A DNA stretch of 64,000 nucleotides from an uncultured euryarchaeote (GTDB taxonomy: Archaea; Thermoplasmatota; Poseidoniia; Poseidoniales; Poseidoniaceae): assembly GCA_937894115.1 (NCBI GenBank), contig CALBFP010000296.1, positions 5,275-69,274 of the forward strand, read 5' to 3'. The translations under genes were made by a program, and so were the position numbers. The notes below the pieces were generated by a model that was not told the origin of the DNA, ran no database searches, and was given only the letters and a program-made list of their open reading frames with translations. Each line of letters opens with the position of its first letter. The first letter of the stretch is position 1. Positions 1-9,441 of the stretch are shown here, piece after piece.

Positions 1-57
1 GTAGCGCCAGAGGTGTTCGGATCGACTTGGAACAGTGGCATCGAGGTACGATGTCAT
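1..57 (-). CDS. sufD: SufD-like Fe-S cluster assembly protein, first 19 codons only (gene runs off the left edge)
   Basis: A minus-strand ATG at 55-57 overlaps the sufB stop (ATGA). It reads [19 protein letters not shown] with no stop before the window edge. sufC-sufB-sufD is the usual SUF order, and the E-x-x-W-R-Y stretch resembles SufD N-terminal regions. The fragment is too short to be certain. Confidence 0.4.
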   Translation of the reverse strand, partial: MTSYLDATVPSRSEHLWRY

Positions 58-1463
58 CCAATCGAGCCCTCCATCTCCAGTTCGAGCAGTCGGTTGAGTT
101 CAACAGCGTATTCCATCGGTAGTTCGCGAGTGAACGGTTCGAAGAAACCGTTGACAATCATTCCCATGGCTTCTTCTTCTGTGTGGCCTCGACTCATCAA
201 GTAGAAGAGTTGGTCGCCAGAGACTTTGGAAACACTTGCTTCGTGCTCAAGGTCTGCAGATGCGTTTCCAATTTCCATGGTAGGATAGGTGTCGCTTTGA
301 CTGTCCTCGTCCAACATGAGCGCATCGCATATGACCTTGGACCTGCAACCCGATGCGCGAGGCGTGACCTGCAGCATACCGCGATATGATGAGCGTCCTC
401 CGTTTTTTGAAATCGATTTAGAAAGGATGCTTGATGTGGTGTTTGGTGCCAGATGGTGCACTTTTGCACCCGCATCTTGGTGCTGACCTGCACCCGCATA
501 GGCAACCGAGATAACTTCTGCATGGGCGCCTTCTCCTTTGAGCAAAACGGCAGGATACTTCATGGTCAATTTCGACCCGATGTTTCCATCAACCCATTCA
601 ATTGTTGCGTTTTTGTGGGCAATACCTCGCTTTGTGACGAGGTTAAAGACGTTCGCAGACCAATTTTGAACGGTTGAGTATCGAATTTTTGCCCCTTCCA
701 TAGCGATCAGTTCAACCACTGCGGAGTGAAGGGAGTCGGTTGAATAGGTCGGTGCTGTGCAACCTTCAACGTAATGCAAGGTCGATCCTTCGTCAGCAAT
801 AATGAGGGTACGCTCAAATTGTCCCATGTTTTTGGCATTGATTCTGAAATAAGCCTGTACAGGCATTTCAACATGAACGCCTTTTGGTACGTAAATGAAC
901 GAGCCTCCTGACCAAACCGCTGTATTCAGCGCAGAGAATTTGTTGTCAGCGTACGGTATAACGGTCCCGAAAAACTTCTTCACAAGTTCTGGGTATTCTT
1001 TGAGGCCCGAATCCATGTCCAAAAAGAGGACACCTTGTTCTTCGAGGTCTTCGCGCACAGAGTGGTAGACAGCTTCGCTTTCGTATTGTGCTGTTACACC
1101 GCCAAGCCATTTTTGTTCTGCTTCAGGAATTCCAAGACGATCAAAGGTTCTTTTGATGTCGTCAGGAACATCTTCCCAGTCGTTTTCTGTTTTGTCTGAT
1201 GAACGAAGGAAATAGGTTACGTTGTCAAAGTCAATCTGTTCCAATGAGTTGCAGTTGCCCCAAGACGGCATTTCCCTCTCGACAAAATGGTGGTAGGCTT
1301 TGACGCGCATTTCTGTCATCCATTCTGGCTCATCTTTGAGTTTGGAAATATCTCGAACGACTTGCTCGCTCAATCCTTTGTCGAATCGAATGGTAGCTGA
1401 TTCAGGATCGTGAAATCCATACCTGTAGTCACCAACCGCATCTTGTGCTTCTTTTGTCATCAA
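54..1463 (-). CDS. sufB: Fe-S cluster assembly protein SufB
   Basis: 469-aa ORF. It shows SufB-typical sequence throughout, including the C-terminus [25 protein letters not shown]...LEMEGSIG. It lies 6 nt downstream of sufC. Confidence 0.95.
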   Translation of the reverse strand: MMTKEAQDAVGDYRYGFHDPESATIRFDKGLSEQVVRDISKLKDEPEWMTEMRVKAYHHFVEREMPSWGNCNSLEQIDFDNVTYFLRSSDKTENDWEDVPDDIKRTFDRLGIPEAEQKWLGGVTAQYESEAVYHSVREDLEEQGVLFLDMDSGLKEYPELVKKFFGTVIPYADNKFSALNTAVWSGGSFIYVPKGVHVEMPVQAYFRINAKNMGQFERTLIIADEGSTLHYVEGCTAPTYSTDSLHSAVVELIAMEGAKIRYSTVQNWSANVFNLVTKRGIAHKNATIEWVDGNIGSKLTMKYPAVLLKGEGAHAEVISVAYAGAGQHQDAGAKVHHLAPNTTSSILSKSISKNGGRSSYRGMLQVTPRASGCRSKVICDALMLDEDSQSDTYPTMEIGNASADLEHEASVSKVSGDQLFYLMSRGHTEEEAMGMIVNGFFEPFTRELPMEYAVELNRLLELEMEGSIG

Positions 1464-1469
1464 ATCACC

Positions 1470-2228
1470 TCAAGCTAGGGCATCCACCCAATCGTACCCT
1501 TCTCTTTCAAGTTTCATGGCAAGCTCGGGTCCACCGCTGTGGACAATCTTTCCGTCGATGAGTACGTGAACAATATCGGGTTTTATCAAATCCAGTAGTC
1601 GCTGATAGTGGGTGATAATGAGACATCCCGTTTCTTCCGCAACGGCATTAATCCCCTCCGCAACGATGCGTAGTGCATCGATATCAAGTCCAGAATCCGT
1701 CTCGTCGAGGAGCGCCATGTCAGGCTTGAGGAGCAGCATCTGAAGGATTTCAAGGCGTTTCTTTTCGCCACCGCTGAAACCGTCATTCACGTATCGCGAG
1801 AGGAACGATTTGTCCATGTCAAGTTGGTTCATGGCTTCGTTGAGACTCTTGCGAAACGCACGGGGAGACGGGGCCTCTCCCTGAACGGAAGCAACCGACT
1901 TACGCAGAAAGTTCCCAACCTGAACACCAGGAATTGCTGCGGGGTATTGGAACGACAGGAACATGCCTGCACGAGCACGCTCGAACACTTCCATCTCGTT
2001 GATGTTCTCTCCTTTGTAGAAGACTGATCCGCTGGTGATTTCATAGGCTGGATGGCCCATGATGACGTTAGCGAGAGTCGATTTACCTGAACCGTTTCGT
2101 CCCATGATGGCGTGAATTTCTCCGCGCTTTATGTCGAGATTTATCCCATGAATAATTGGAGTATCCCCCACGGAAACGTGAAGATTTTCCACCCTCAACA
2201 AGACGTCAGTCATGTTCTCACTTAGCAT
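1470..2228 (-). CDS. sufC: Fe-S cluster assembly ATPase SufC
   Basis: Walker A is GRNGSGKST, the signature is FSGGEKKR and Walker B is [12 protein letters not shown]. The ORF track extends to 2279. ATG at 2228 (MLSENMTD...) or 2213 fits SufC N-termini better. Confidence 0.92.
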   Translation of the reverse strand: MLSENMTDVLLRVENLHVSVGDTPIIHGINLDIKRGEIHAIMGRNGSGKSTLANVIMGHPAYEITSGSVFYKGENINEMEVFERARAGMFLSFQYPAAIPGVQVGNFLRKSVASVQGEAPSPRAFRKSLNEAMNQLDMDKSFLSRYVNDGFSGGEKKRLEILQMLLLKPDMALLDETDSGLDIDALRIVAEGINAVAEETGCLIITHYQRLLDLIKPDIVHVLIDGKIVHSGGPELAMKLEREGYDWVDALA

Positions 2229-2301
2229 GTGGTACCGTCTCCCCCTTATCAATGGATGCAATCCTTCGTAACTCATCATCTTTGCAACATTTCAAACACC
2301 A

Positions 2302-2775
2302 TTGCGGTTTGGATGGCGTATGGACGACGACTTGGTTCAGGCATATGCGCTAGAGGCGCAAAAAGCAATGGAACAGGAAGCCAAGCGTCGAATCGAAGAG
2401 TCCACTGACGCCGAGGAAGAGGCCATGCTGTTGGAGACTTCCATCAACGACGTTGTCGATACGGAACGATTGGTTCCAGCTCTTCTTTCTCGATTGGGTG
2501 CGGTTCGAGCTGCATTGGACGGTCACGGTGGAGGCATATCCGTTTCACAATGGTCCCGTATTGAAGATGCGTTTGAGTTTGTTCTGGACCTCACGGGGGC
2601 CTGTCTTTCCTGCGGCGCAGCACCAGGAACATTAGAAGGCGTTCGCGACGATCTCGAGAACGATGATGAGATTGCCAAAATTCGCTTCTCATCCGCACTT
2701 CTAGATACGTTTGATGAACTTGGACGAGAATTCATTCTTGCACACGGAAGCGTCGAATTCGTCGATGTCCCGTAG
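2302..2775 (+). CDS. NifU/Nfu C-terminal-domain-like Fe-S scaffold protein
   Basis: The C-terminal half, GGGISVSQW...LDLTGACLSCGAAPGTLEGV, matches the Nfu/NifU CxxC domain pattern. The gene is divergent from sufCB. The true start may be the internal MDDDLV (2320). Confidence 0.6.
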   Translation: MRFGWRMDDDLVQAYALEAQKAMEQEAKRRIEESTDAEEEAMLLETSINDVVDTERLVPALLSRLGAVRAALDGHGGGISVSQWSRIEDAFEFVLDLTGACLSCGAAPGTLEGVRDDLENDDEIAKIRFSSALLDTFDELGREFILAHGSVEFVDVP

Positions 2776-2808
2776 CGCCATTGAAAAAACTGAATGTGAG
2801 ATGATATT

Positions 2809-5052
2809 ATGCCTGCCTGGAGCGATGACAAAAGGGACGACCCGCAACCTTGTAGAGATGCTGATCAAGGCAAATTCGAGACGATTGTCCGAGACGGTAG
2901 GGCTCGAATTGGTCGAATTCACACCCAACACGGCGTCCTTGAAACTCCCGCATTACTGCCTGTAATCAACCCAAACATCCGAACCATCGAACCAAGAGAA
3001 ATGTGGGACCGTTACGGCATCCAAGGCCTCATTACAAATTCCTACATCATTTGGAAACACGACGATTTGAAACAACATGCTGTGACAAAAGGCGTTCATG
3101 ACCTTCTCAACTTTCCTGGTGTGGTCATGACCGATTCTGGAACCTTTCAATCCTACATGTACGGTGATGTTGAAGTCGGTGTTGAAGAAATCGTTGAATT
3201 TCAACGATTAATCGGTGTTGATATTGCGACCATGCTCGATGTTTTCAGTCGGCCTGATATGACTGAAGAAGAAGCAAAAAAAGCCGTTCAGGCGACCATT
3301 GATCGCAGTCAAGCATCACTGGATTCGGCTCAAGGTGTCATGCTAAACGGCCCCATTCAAGGTGGAATCTATCGGCAGTTGAGGAAGACCTCGGCCGAAG
3401 GCATGGGCTGCTTCGACTTCAGCATCCATCCGATTGGAGGTATCGTCCCAATCATGGAGCAACATCGTTACAAAGATCTCGTTAAAATCATGCTCGCAAC
3501 GATCGGTGAACTACCTCCAGAACGGCCTCGACACATGTTTGGTTGCGGGCACCCCATGTTGTTCGCAATGCTAATCGCCCTTGGAGCAGACCTGTTTGAT
3601 TCGGCTGCTTACGCTCTGTTTGCTCGTGACGATCGACTGCTTTCTCCGCAGGGGACGTATCGTATTCGTGATCTCAAGGAATGGCCGGAGTTGGTACCCT
3701 GTGTGGTCAATTACACGCCTGAAACCGTTCGTGAATTGGGCAAAGAAGAGCGAACAAAACTGCTTTCTCGGTACAACCTTGAGGTTACATTAGCGGAACT
3801 TTCTCGATGCAAACAGGCAGTTCATGAAGGTACAATTTGGCAACTGGCAGAGCAACGCAGTCACCAACATCCCGCATTACGGGAGGCCTTTTTGTGGTTG
3901 ACGACGCGTCCGTTCCCAACGGGTCTTTCATCCGACGTTCTTGACGACCTCATCCTCGACGATCGTTCAGCAGCTCGCGAACTTCATCCAAGCGGTGGTA
4001 TTTGGGAAGACGATTGGTCGAAAATTGTGGCAATGCAAACACCTCGTCGGAAAAAAGGCGAGCGTTGGGGCGGTGAGGACACGCGTTCGAGGCCGCACAT
4101 ACTCGCCGCAAGAAAACAACTCCAGAAACGGTGGAGGCCCCGTTCGAGTGAGCCGACGGATGTGTTGATACTGAACGGCAAACCGGGACCATGGCGGCAA
4201 CGCTGCGACTTGTTGGTGTTGCGCCTTGCACATGCGGCTCCTGATCTTGAAGTTCTGGTTCAGACACCGCTCGGACTGATACCGTATTCATTGGAAGACC
4301 TCAATCCATTTGCTCAAGTCGACGGTCCGACATGGTTGTGGAAGCGACGTTTGAACACACTGCTCCTGAGAGAAGAACTGCACAGAATGAATCTTGAAGC
4401 CGACCGAATTTTAATCCTTGATATCGGACAAGAATCACTGCTTCAAGCAGCCAGCAATCTCCTTGTGAAACACGGGCTCTTAGAAGAACCAATCCACGTC
4501 GACGACACACAACTGCCGCAACTACGCGATGCATTACGGCGGCGACAAATCCTTGACAAGTTGGTTGTTCTCTCCAACCTCACCTACGAAAATGCTGCGC
4601 TTCTCGTCCATTCCTGCAGCTTTGTCATCGGTGGAACCGGTCGGGTCAAAAACGTGATTGACAAGGACGGAAAACACATACTCAGCCCTCGTTTGACCGA
4701 TGGCGGGTTGTCCATAACGGACTTGGGTGCAAAAGCCATGCATCAACAACGTTCAACGGTGGCTTCCGGCACTGATGAAAAGGATGCATCATCGTGGACA
4801 GGCAAAGGGCTTCCACAACTGGTTGTCGAAGAGGATGCTGTGGAATTTATCCTACGTGGTAGAAACGTGTTTCACGGATTTATCTCGTCTTGCGATCCAT
4901 GGCTCAAAGCAGGACAAACCTGCCTTATTTTGAGCAAGAAGGGCAAGTTGATCGGTCACGGTATTTCACGGTGCGACGCAAATGAAGCCACACGATTCAA
5001 AAAAGGAATCGCTGTTCGTACACGAAGTGATTTTTCAAAGTCGTTTGAGTAA
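2809..5052 (+). CDS. tgtA: archaeosine tRNA-guanine transglycosylase (ArcTGT), expanded 747-aa form with C-terminal PUA domain
   Basis: N-terminal ArcTGT signatures are DGRARIGRIHTQHGVLETPALLPVINPN, ITNSYIIW, VVMTDSGTFQ, IHPIGGIVP and MFGCGHPMLFA...DLFDSAAY. The C-terminus is PUA-like (LVVEEDAVEFILRGRNVFHGFI...GKLIGHGIS). It is about 165 aa longer than the roughly 580-aa canonical enzymes. Confidence 0.85.
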   Translation: MPAWSDDKRDDPQPCRDADQGKFETIVRDGRARIGRIHTQHGVLETPALLPVINPNIRTIEPREMWDRYGIQGLITNSYIIWKHDDLKQHAVTKGVHDLLNFPGVVMTDSGTFQSYMYGDVEVGVEEIVEFQRLIGVDIATMLDVFSRPDMTEEEAKKAVQATIDRSQASLDSAQGVMLNGPIQGGIYRQLRKTSAEGMGCFDFSIHPIGGIVPIMEQHRYKDLVKIMLATIGELPPERPRHMFGCGHPMLFAMLIALGADLFDSAAYALFARDDRLLSPQGTYRIRDLKEWPELVPCVVNYTPETVRELGKEERTKLLSRYNLEVTLAELSRCKQAVHEGTIWQLAEQRSHQHPALREAFLWLTTRPFPTGLSSDVLDDLILDDRSAARELHPSGGIWEDDWSKIVAMQTPRRKKGERWGGEDTRSRPHILAARKQLQKRWRPRSSEPTDVLILNGKPGPWRQRCDLLVLRLAHAAPDLEVLVQTPLGLIPYSLEDLNPFAQVDGPTWLWKRRLNTLLLREELHRMNLEADRILILDIGQESLLQAASNLLVKHGLLEEPIHVDDTQLPQLRDALRRRQILDKLVVLSNLTYENAALLVHSCSFVIGGTGRVKNVIDKDGKHILSPRLTDGGLSITDLGAKAMHQQRSTVASGTDEKDASSWTGKGLPQLVVEEDAVEFILRGRNVFHGFISSCDPWLKAGQTCLILSKKGKLIGHGISRCDANEATRFKKGIAVRTRSDFSKSFE

Positions 5053-5091
5053 ACCGAAGTGAAAGGATTCAAAGACTTCCTTTTGCTGTGA

Positions 5092-6114
5092 TTGGTGAAG
5101 ACAATGTCGAACGACCTGATTATCAAGACCGACGGGTTGACCAAATCCTACGGTCCTCACGTTGCTCTCGACAACCTCAGCATTGGTGTTCAGCATGGTG
5201 CAACAGGACTTCTCGGTCCCAATGGTGCTGGAAAATCGACGTTTTTCAAAACCATACTCGGTCTCATACAAGCCACGTCTGGCGAGGGAACAGTACTTGG
5301 TCACGACATCCGTACTGAGGGTTTGGCCATACGCTCAAAGATTGGATACATGCCCGAATACGATGCGCTGGATGACAATATGGATGCCATCCACCAAGTA
5401 AGATACAGCGGTGAATTGCTTGGTATGAATCCTGTTGTTGCAATGTCAAGAGCACATACTGCTATGGAATACGTCGGTCTTGGTGAATTACGATATCGTC
5501 CAATATCTTCGTTTTCGACGGGGATGAAACAAGCGACAAAATTGGCTTGCTCAATCATACACGACCCACAACTAATCATCGCCGATGAACCCTCGAATGG
5601 GCTTGATGCCGAATCGCGTCAAGCGATGTTGACAACACTGTCAAACATGGTCCATGCTGGTAATCGTTCTGTGCTGATGGCAAGCCATTTGATGGACGAT
5701 GTCGAACAGGTTTGCAAGAATATCGTGTTGTTGCACAAGGGTAAACTCGCTGCTCAAGGCCGGATTGAAGATTTGAAAGCAATCGATCGAGAGATTGAAA
5801 TTCATGTCTGGGGAATGGCGAGTGAACTCGAGGCTGCATTGGGCAAAGATGGTCTTGAGGTACGCCGAGAGGGGAGGATGATGCGCATTCGTCACGAAGG
5901 CGAAAGAACGACACATCGGATTCTCAAATGTGCTGCTGAAACGGGTGCACAGATTCGACGCATGCACGAATACGAGGCTTCGCTTGAGGATCTTTTTATC
6001 GTCATCATGGAGCGTTTTGGATACGGCGTTAAATCCAGTGAAGATTTGCTGGCGTCCCCTGCTGAAGCACGTAAAGTGGATGCACCGGAATCGATGGGAG
6101 GGTCTGGAGCATGA
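5092..6114 (+). CDS. ABC transporter ATP-binding protein (ABC-2 type), pair 1
   Basis: Walker A is GPNGAGKST, the degenerate signature is FSTGMKQ and Walker B is LIIADEPSNGLD. The gene overlaps the next gene by 4 nt. Confidence 0.88.
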   Translation: MVKTMSNDLIIKTDGLTKSYGPHVALDNLSIGVQHGATGLLGPNGAGKSTFFKTILGLIQATSGEGTVLGHDIRTEGLAIRSKIGYMPEYDALDDNMDAIHQVRYSGELLGMNPVVAMSRAHTAMEYVGLGELRYRPISSFSTGMKQATKLACSIIHDPQLIIADEPSNGLDAESRQAMLTTLSNMVHAGNRSVLMASHLMDDVEQVCKNIVLLHKGKLAAQGRIEDLKAIDREIEIHVWGMASELEAALGKDGLEVRREGRMMRIRHEGERTTHRILKCAAETGAQIRRMHEYEASLEDLFIVIMERFGYGVKSSEDLLASPAEARKVDAPESMGGSGA

Positions 6115-7115
6115 CGGAGGAATCACCCATCGATGTTTCCACACCTGTCACAGGCCAGGGTCGAATGGACGCCGCCTGGGGTTCAGAAACAGGCGATCAT
6201 GCTGCAGTGGCCCAATCCGTCCCCCAGACGGGCCAAGTGTTCGAACAAGTCTACGTTCCGTGGGAAGGTGCATTGAATCCACGTTGGATGAGAAATTGGG
6301 CCATCTTTCGACATCACGTCCTCGGTATCGTTCGAAAAGGACACCGTCCGTGGGGTGTTCCAACCAAACTTGTCCTGATTTTCGTGCTCATCGCCTCGAT
6401 GACCGATGTGGCATTGACGCTCTTGTTTGCTGTGATTGGGGAACCGAGTTTGTACGAACTGTGGGGTGTTGGACGGAACAATCTCTACGCCCACATACTG
6501 GGTTTCTTTCCTCGCAACATGCTGTTCTATCCACTTGTGGCTGCGTTGTTGGTTGGTGGTGTCATTTCAGAAGATCGGTCGAACGGTACAAGCGCTCTTT
6601 ATTTCTCAAGACCGATCAATCGGTTCGACTATGTTGGGATGAAGTATCTCGCAGTAGCAACGATTCAAAGCTTCATCATTATCGGTACGCTGTTCCTTTA
6701 CTATTTCGTTGATATATTGGCAATGGGGCGCGGTTGGGCTTGGATTCTCGACACGTTCCCAATGTTTCTAACAACGGTATTTTGTGCAGCTCTTCTCATC
6801 ATAACATACACCAGTATCGGCCTAGCATTGTCTTCGGTTTCTCGAGGTAAATTTTTCCCCGGTATTGCTCTTCTTGCCGTTTTGCTGGGGACCAAAACCC
6901 TCGCAGCCATCGTTGAAGGTCTGTTTGAACGTTCGATTCTGTATTTGATTTCGCCGTACGATTCGGTGGCGCATGTCGGTCAATCGTTGATTGGAACCAA
7001 CGTAATTTACGAACATCCGTGGATTTGGTCGTTGGCTTCAGTCATCACCATCAACGCCATTTCTCTTTACGTTCTGAGCGTACGTGTGTCTTCCATGGAG
7101 GTGACGCGTGAGTGA
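6111..7115 (+). CDS. ABC-2 family permease, pair 1
   Basis: Multi-pass hydrophobic protein. It has the ABC-2 hallmark ISEDRSNGTSALYFSRPI after TM1-2. It is translationally coupled on both sides. Confidence 0.72.
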   Translation: MTEESPIDVSTPVTGQGRMDAAWGSETGDHAAVAQSVPQTGQVFEQVYVPWEGALNPRWMRNWAIFRHHVLGIVRKGHRPWGVPTKLVLIFVLIASMTDVALTLLFAVIGEPSLYELWGVGRNNLYAHILGFFPRNMLFYPLVAALLVGGVISEDRSNGTSALYFSRPINRFDYVGMKYLAVATIQSFIIIGTLFLYYFVDILAMGRGWAWILDTFPMFLTTVFCAALLIITYTSIGLALSSVSRGKFFPGIALLAVLLGTKTLAAIVEGLFERSILYLISPYDSVAHVGQSLIGTNVIYEHPWIWSLASVITINAISLYVLSVRVSSMEVTRE

Positions 7116-8101
7116 TTCCTGACCTCGCACAAGAAGGAAAAGCACAACAACAGGCTTGGGTCCCCGAGGCTCAAGCACCCGTTGTCATGCTCAACAACGT
7201 GGGCAAAACCTACGGGCGTTATCAAGCTCTAGGGGGTATATCTCTCGCTTTGAGCGGTGGAGTCACTGGAATCCTTGGACTTAATGGAGCAGGCAAATCA
7301 ACGCTGTTTAAACTCCTGATGGGCAAACTTCAACCCACCCAAGGTGAGGTTCGATTGTTTGGGACCAATCCTTGGAAAAATCCTGCCCCGTATGCTCGTG
7401 TCGGCTACGTACCTGAAAACGAAAATATGCACGATTGGATGACTGCGCATGAATTCGTATCGACCTTTGCGCGTCTCCACGGTTTAACCCGTGATGAGGC
7501 AAAGAAAGAAGCCAATCGTGTGCTTGAATTTGTTGGCTTGAGTGATGTGATGCACAAGAAGATTGGACGCTATTCCAAAGGGATGCGTCAGCGGGCCAAA
7601 ATTGCCCATGCGCTGGTCAACGATCCCGACCTCATCATCCTCGATGAACCGTTGCAGGGCTGCGATCCTCTCGCCCGAACCACGATCATGAACGTTATAC
7701 GGGAACTTGGGCGAATGGGACGAACGGTTTTGTTAAGCAGTCACATTCTCTCCGAAATTGAACGCATCACAGAACAGATCGTCATTCTGCATCAAGGTCG
7801 TTTGTTGGCCATTGGAAATTTGCACGCCATACGAGAACAACTCGACAACATTCCACACACCATTGAAATCGAGTGCAAAGATGCAAAGGCGTTGGCCAAA
7901 GACGTGCTTAGCCTTGATATGGTTCACGGCCTTCAATTTCCAAGTTCTTCAAAACTTAAGGTATTCACACATCATCTCGGAGAGTTCCACAAACGACTCC
8001 CAAAAATTATTGTTGATAACGAACATGACGTGATGGTCATCAACAACCCAGACGATGATCTCCAGTCGATCTTGGGCTATCTTACAGGAGGGTTCCGATA
8101 A
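7112..8101 (+). CDS. ABC transporter ATP-binding protein (ABC-2 type), pair 2
   Basis: Walker A is GLNGAGKST, the signature is YSKGMRQR and Walker B is LIILDEPLQGCD. A C-terminal accessory domain is present. Confidence 0.88.
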   Translation: MIPDLAQEGKAQQQAWVPEAQAPVVMLNNVGKTYGRYQALGGISLALSGGVTGILGLNGAGKSTLFKLLMGKLQPTQGEVRLFGTNPWKNPAPYARVGYVPENENMHDWMTAHEFVSTFARLHGLTRDEAKKEANRVLEFVGLSDVMHKKIGRYSKGMRQRAKIAHALVNDPDLIILDEPLQGCDPLARTTIMNVIRELGRMGRTVLLSSHILSEIERITEQIVILHQGRLLAIGNLHAIREQLDNIPHTIEIECKDAKALAKDVLSLDMVHGLQFPSSSKLKVFTHHLGEFHKRLPKIIVDNEHDVMVINNPDDDLQSILGYLTGGFR

Positions 8102-9432
8102 TGGATAAAAAGCGTGGAGAAACCATTTGGACGTCTCTCGATCGGAAGGCCACTGCGATAGCAGAATTCACAATGCGTCAATATCGAACGAGGTTGTCAA
8201 CGTGGGTGGTTCTCGGTGTGGGTTTTCTCGCAATCTCCGTCGTTCTTCTGTTCTACATCGATGCGATGAACACCGAAATTGAAGCGATTGATAACGACGG
8301 AGATTCGTTGGATTGGGATGGTGACGGGTACGTAAACGGGCAGGAATACAAGTACGGAACCGACCTTAACGACCCGGCTTCACATCCTGGTTTGTTCGAT
8401 CCTCCCATAGACCCTGAACCGGCATCGATGTACATCAACGAAGACGACTACGATTGGGACTATTCGGATGGGTCAAGGCTCGAGGTTGGCATCGATGATG
8501 ACGGCGATTGCAACAATTCCTCTCTCCCCGAGAGCCTGAAAGACGACAACAACGATGGAACACCTTGCAACATTGTCTTGGAGTACGATTCCTTGAGCGG
8601 CTCGTATTTCGTGTACGCTGACCCGTACGTTGATGAAGACCCTGATGAAGACCGGTACGGAAAAGAGGCTCAACATCGAGCGTTTATTTTGGGTGTGGGG
8701 AAACTCGGATTTGTGTTCCTGTTGAGTATTTTTGTGCCCCTGTTTCTTGCTACCGGATTGATCCGTGATGAAATGACATCAGGAACGATGCAATACATGA
8801 CAGCAAAACCCATAGCGCGCGGTGAAATTTTCTTGTACCGTATGCTGGGTTATTTGGCCATCGTCTGGCCATACCTGTTGGTGGTTTGTTCGTTGCTTGC
8901 CATCGTCTCTGGATTTATGGGTCCCGGTGATCAGATTTTCCGTTTCAAGGACCTCGGTGTGTGGTTTTCGATTCTCATCGCTGCGTTGCTTGCAACGCTG
9001 GTCTATGGGATGCTCTTTGCATTTTTGGGTGTGTTGTGGAAGTATGGAATTATCCTCGCGCTTCCAATCGCTGCATGGGAATTGGGGATGGCTCTCTTGT
9101 CGATGACAGTACCCGAATCGACGTTCTTACGTATGTCGATTGTAGGCTGGTCGATGAGCATCATCGATTCCGGTGCCTATCTCGTTTGGCCCGACATGGC
9201 TCTGTTCACACAAAAGGGTGCTTGGGCGGGAGGCACAGGCGATGCCTCGTTCTTCTTTGGTGGGGGCAACGAACTTCCAGGGTATCGCGCTCTTGAATGG
9301 GCTCAAAGCGATCTTGGCTTGGGTCTCGGACCGTATGCGACCACCGTCCTTTCTGTGGTCGTTCTTTTCTGTCAAGCTGTGTTCTTTTGGTTCATTGGGC
9401 AACTGATCTTCAAATCAAAGGAAATCGTGTGA
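8101..9432 (+). CDS. ABC-2 family permease, pair 2, with an acidic DxDxDG-repeat ectodomain of about 135 aa
   Basis: TM1 is followed by DNDGDSLDWDGDGYVNGQEYKYGTDLNDP and further D-rich repeats. Then come the ABC-2 motif IRDEMTSGTMQYMTAKPI and six hydrophobic helices. Confidence 0.72.
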   Translation: MDKKRGETIWTSLDRKATAIAEFTMRQYRTRLSTWVVLGVGFLAISVVLLFYIDAMNTEIEAIDNDGDSLDWDGDGYVNGQEYKYGTDLNDPASHPGLFDPPIDPEPASMYINEDDYDWDYSDGSRLEVGIDDDGDCNNSSLPESLKDDNNDGTPCNIVLEYDSLSGSYFVYADPYVDEDPDEDRYGKEAQHRAFILGVGKLGFVFLLSIFVPLFLATGLIRDEMTSGTMQYMTAKPIARGEIFLYRMLGYLAIVWPYLLVVCSLLAIVSGFMGPGDQIFRFKDLGVWFSILIAALLATLVYGMLFAFLGVLWKYGIILALPIAAWELGMALLSMTVPESTFLRMSIVGWSMSIIDSGAYLVWPDMALFTQKGAWAGGTGDASFFFGGGNELPGYRALEWAQSDLGLGLGPYATTVLSVVVLFCQAVFFWFIGQLIFKSKEIV

Positions 9433-9441
9433 GGGACGCTG

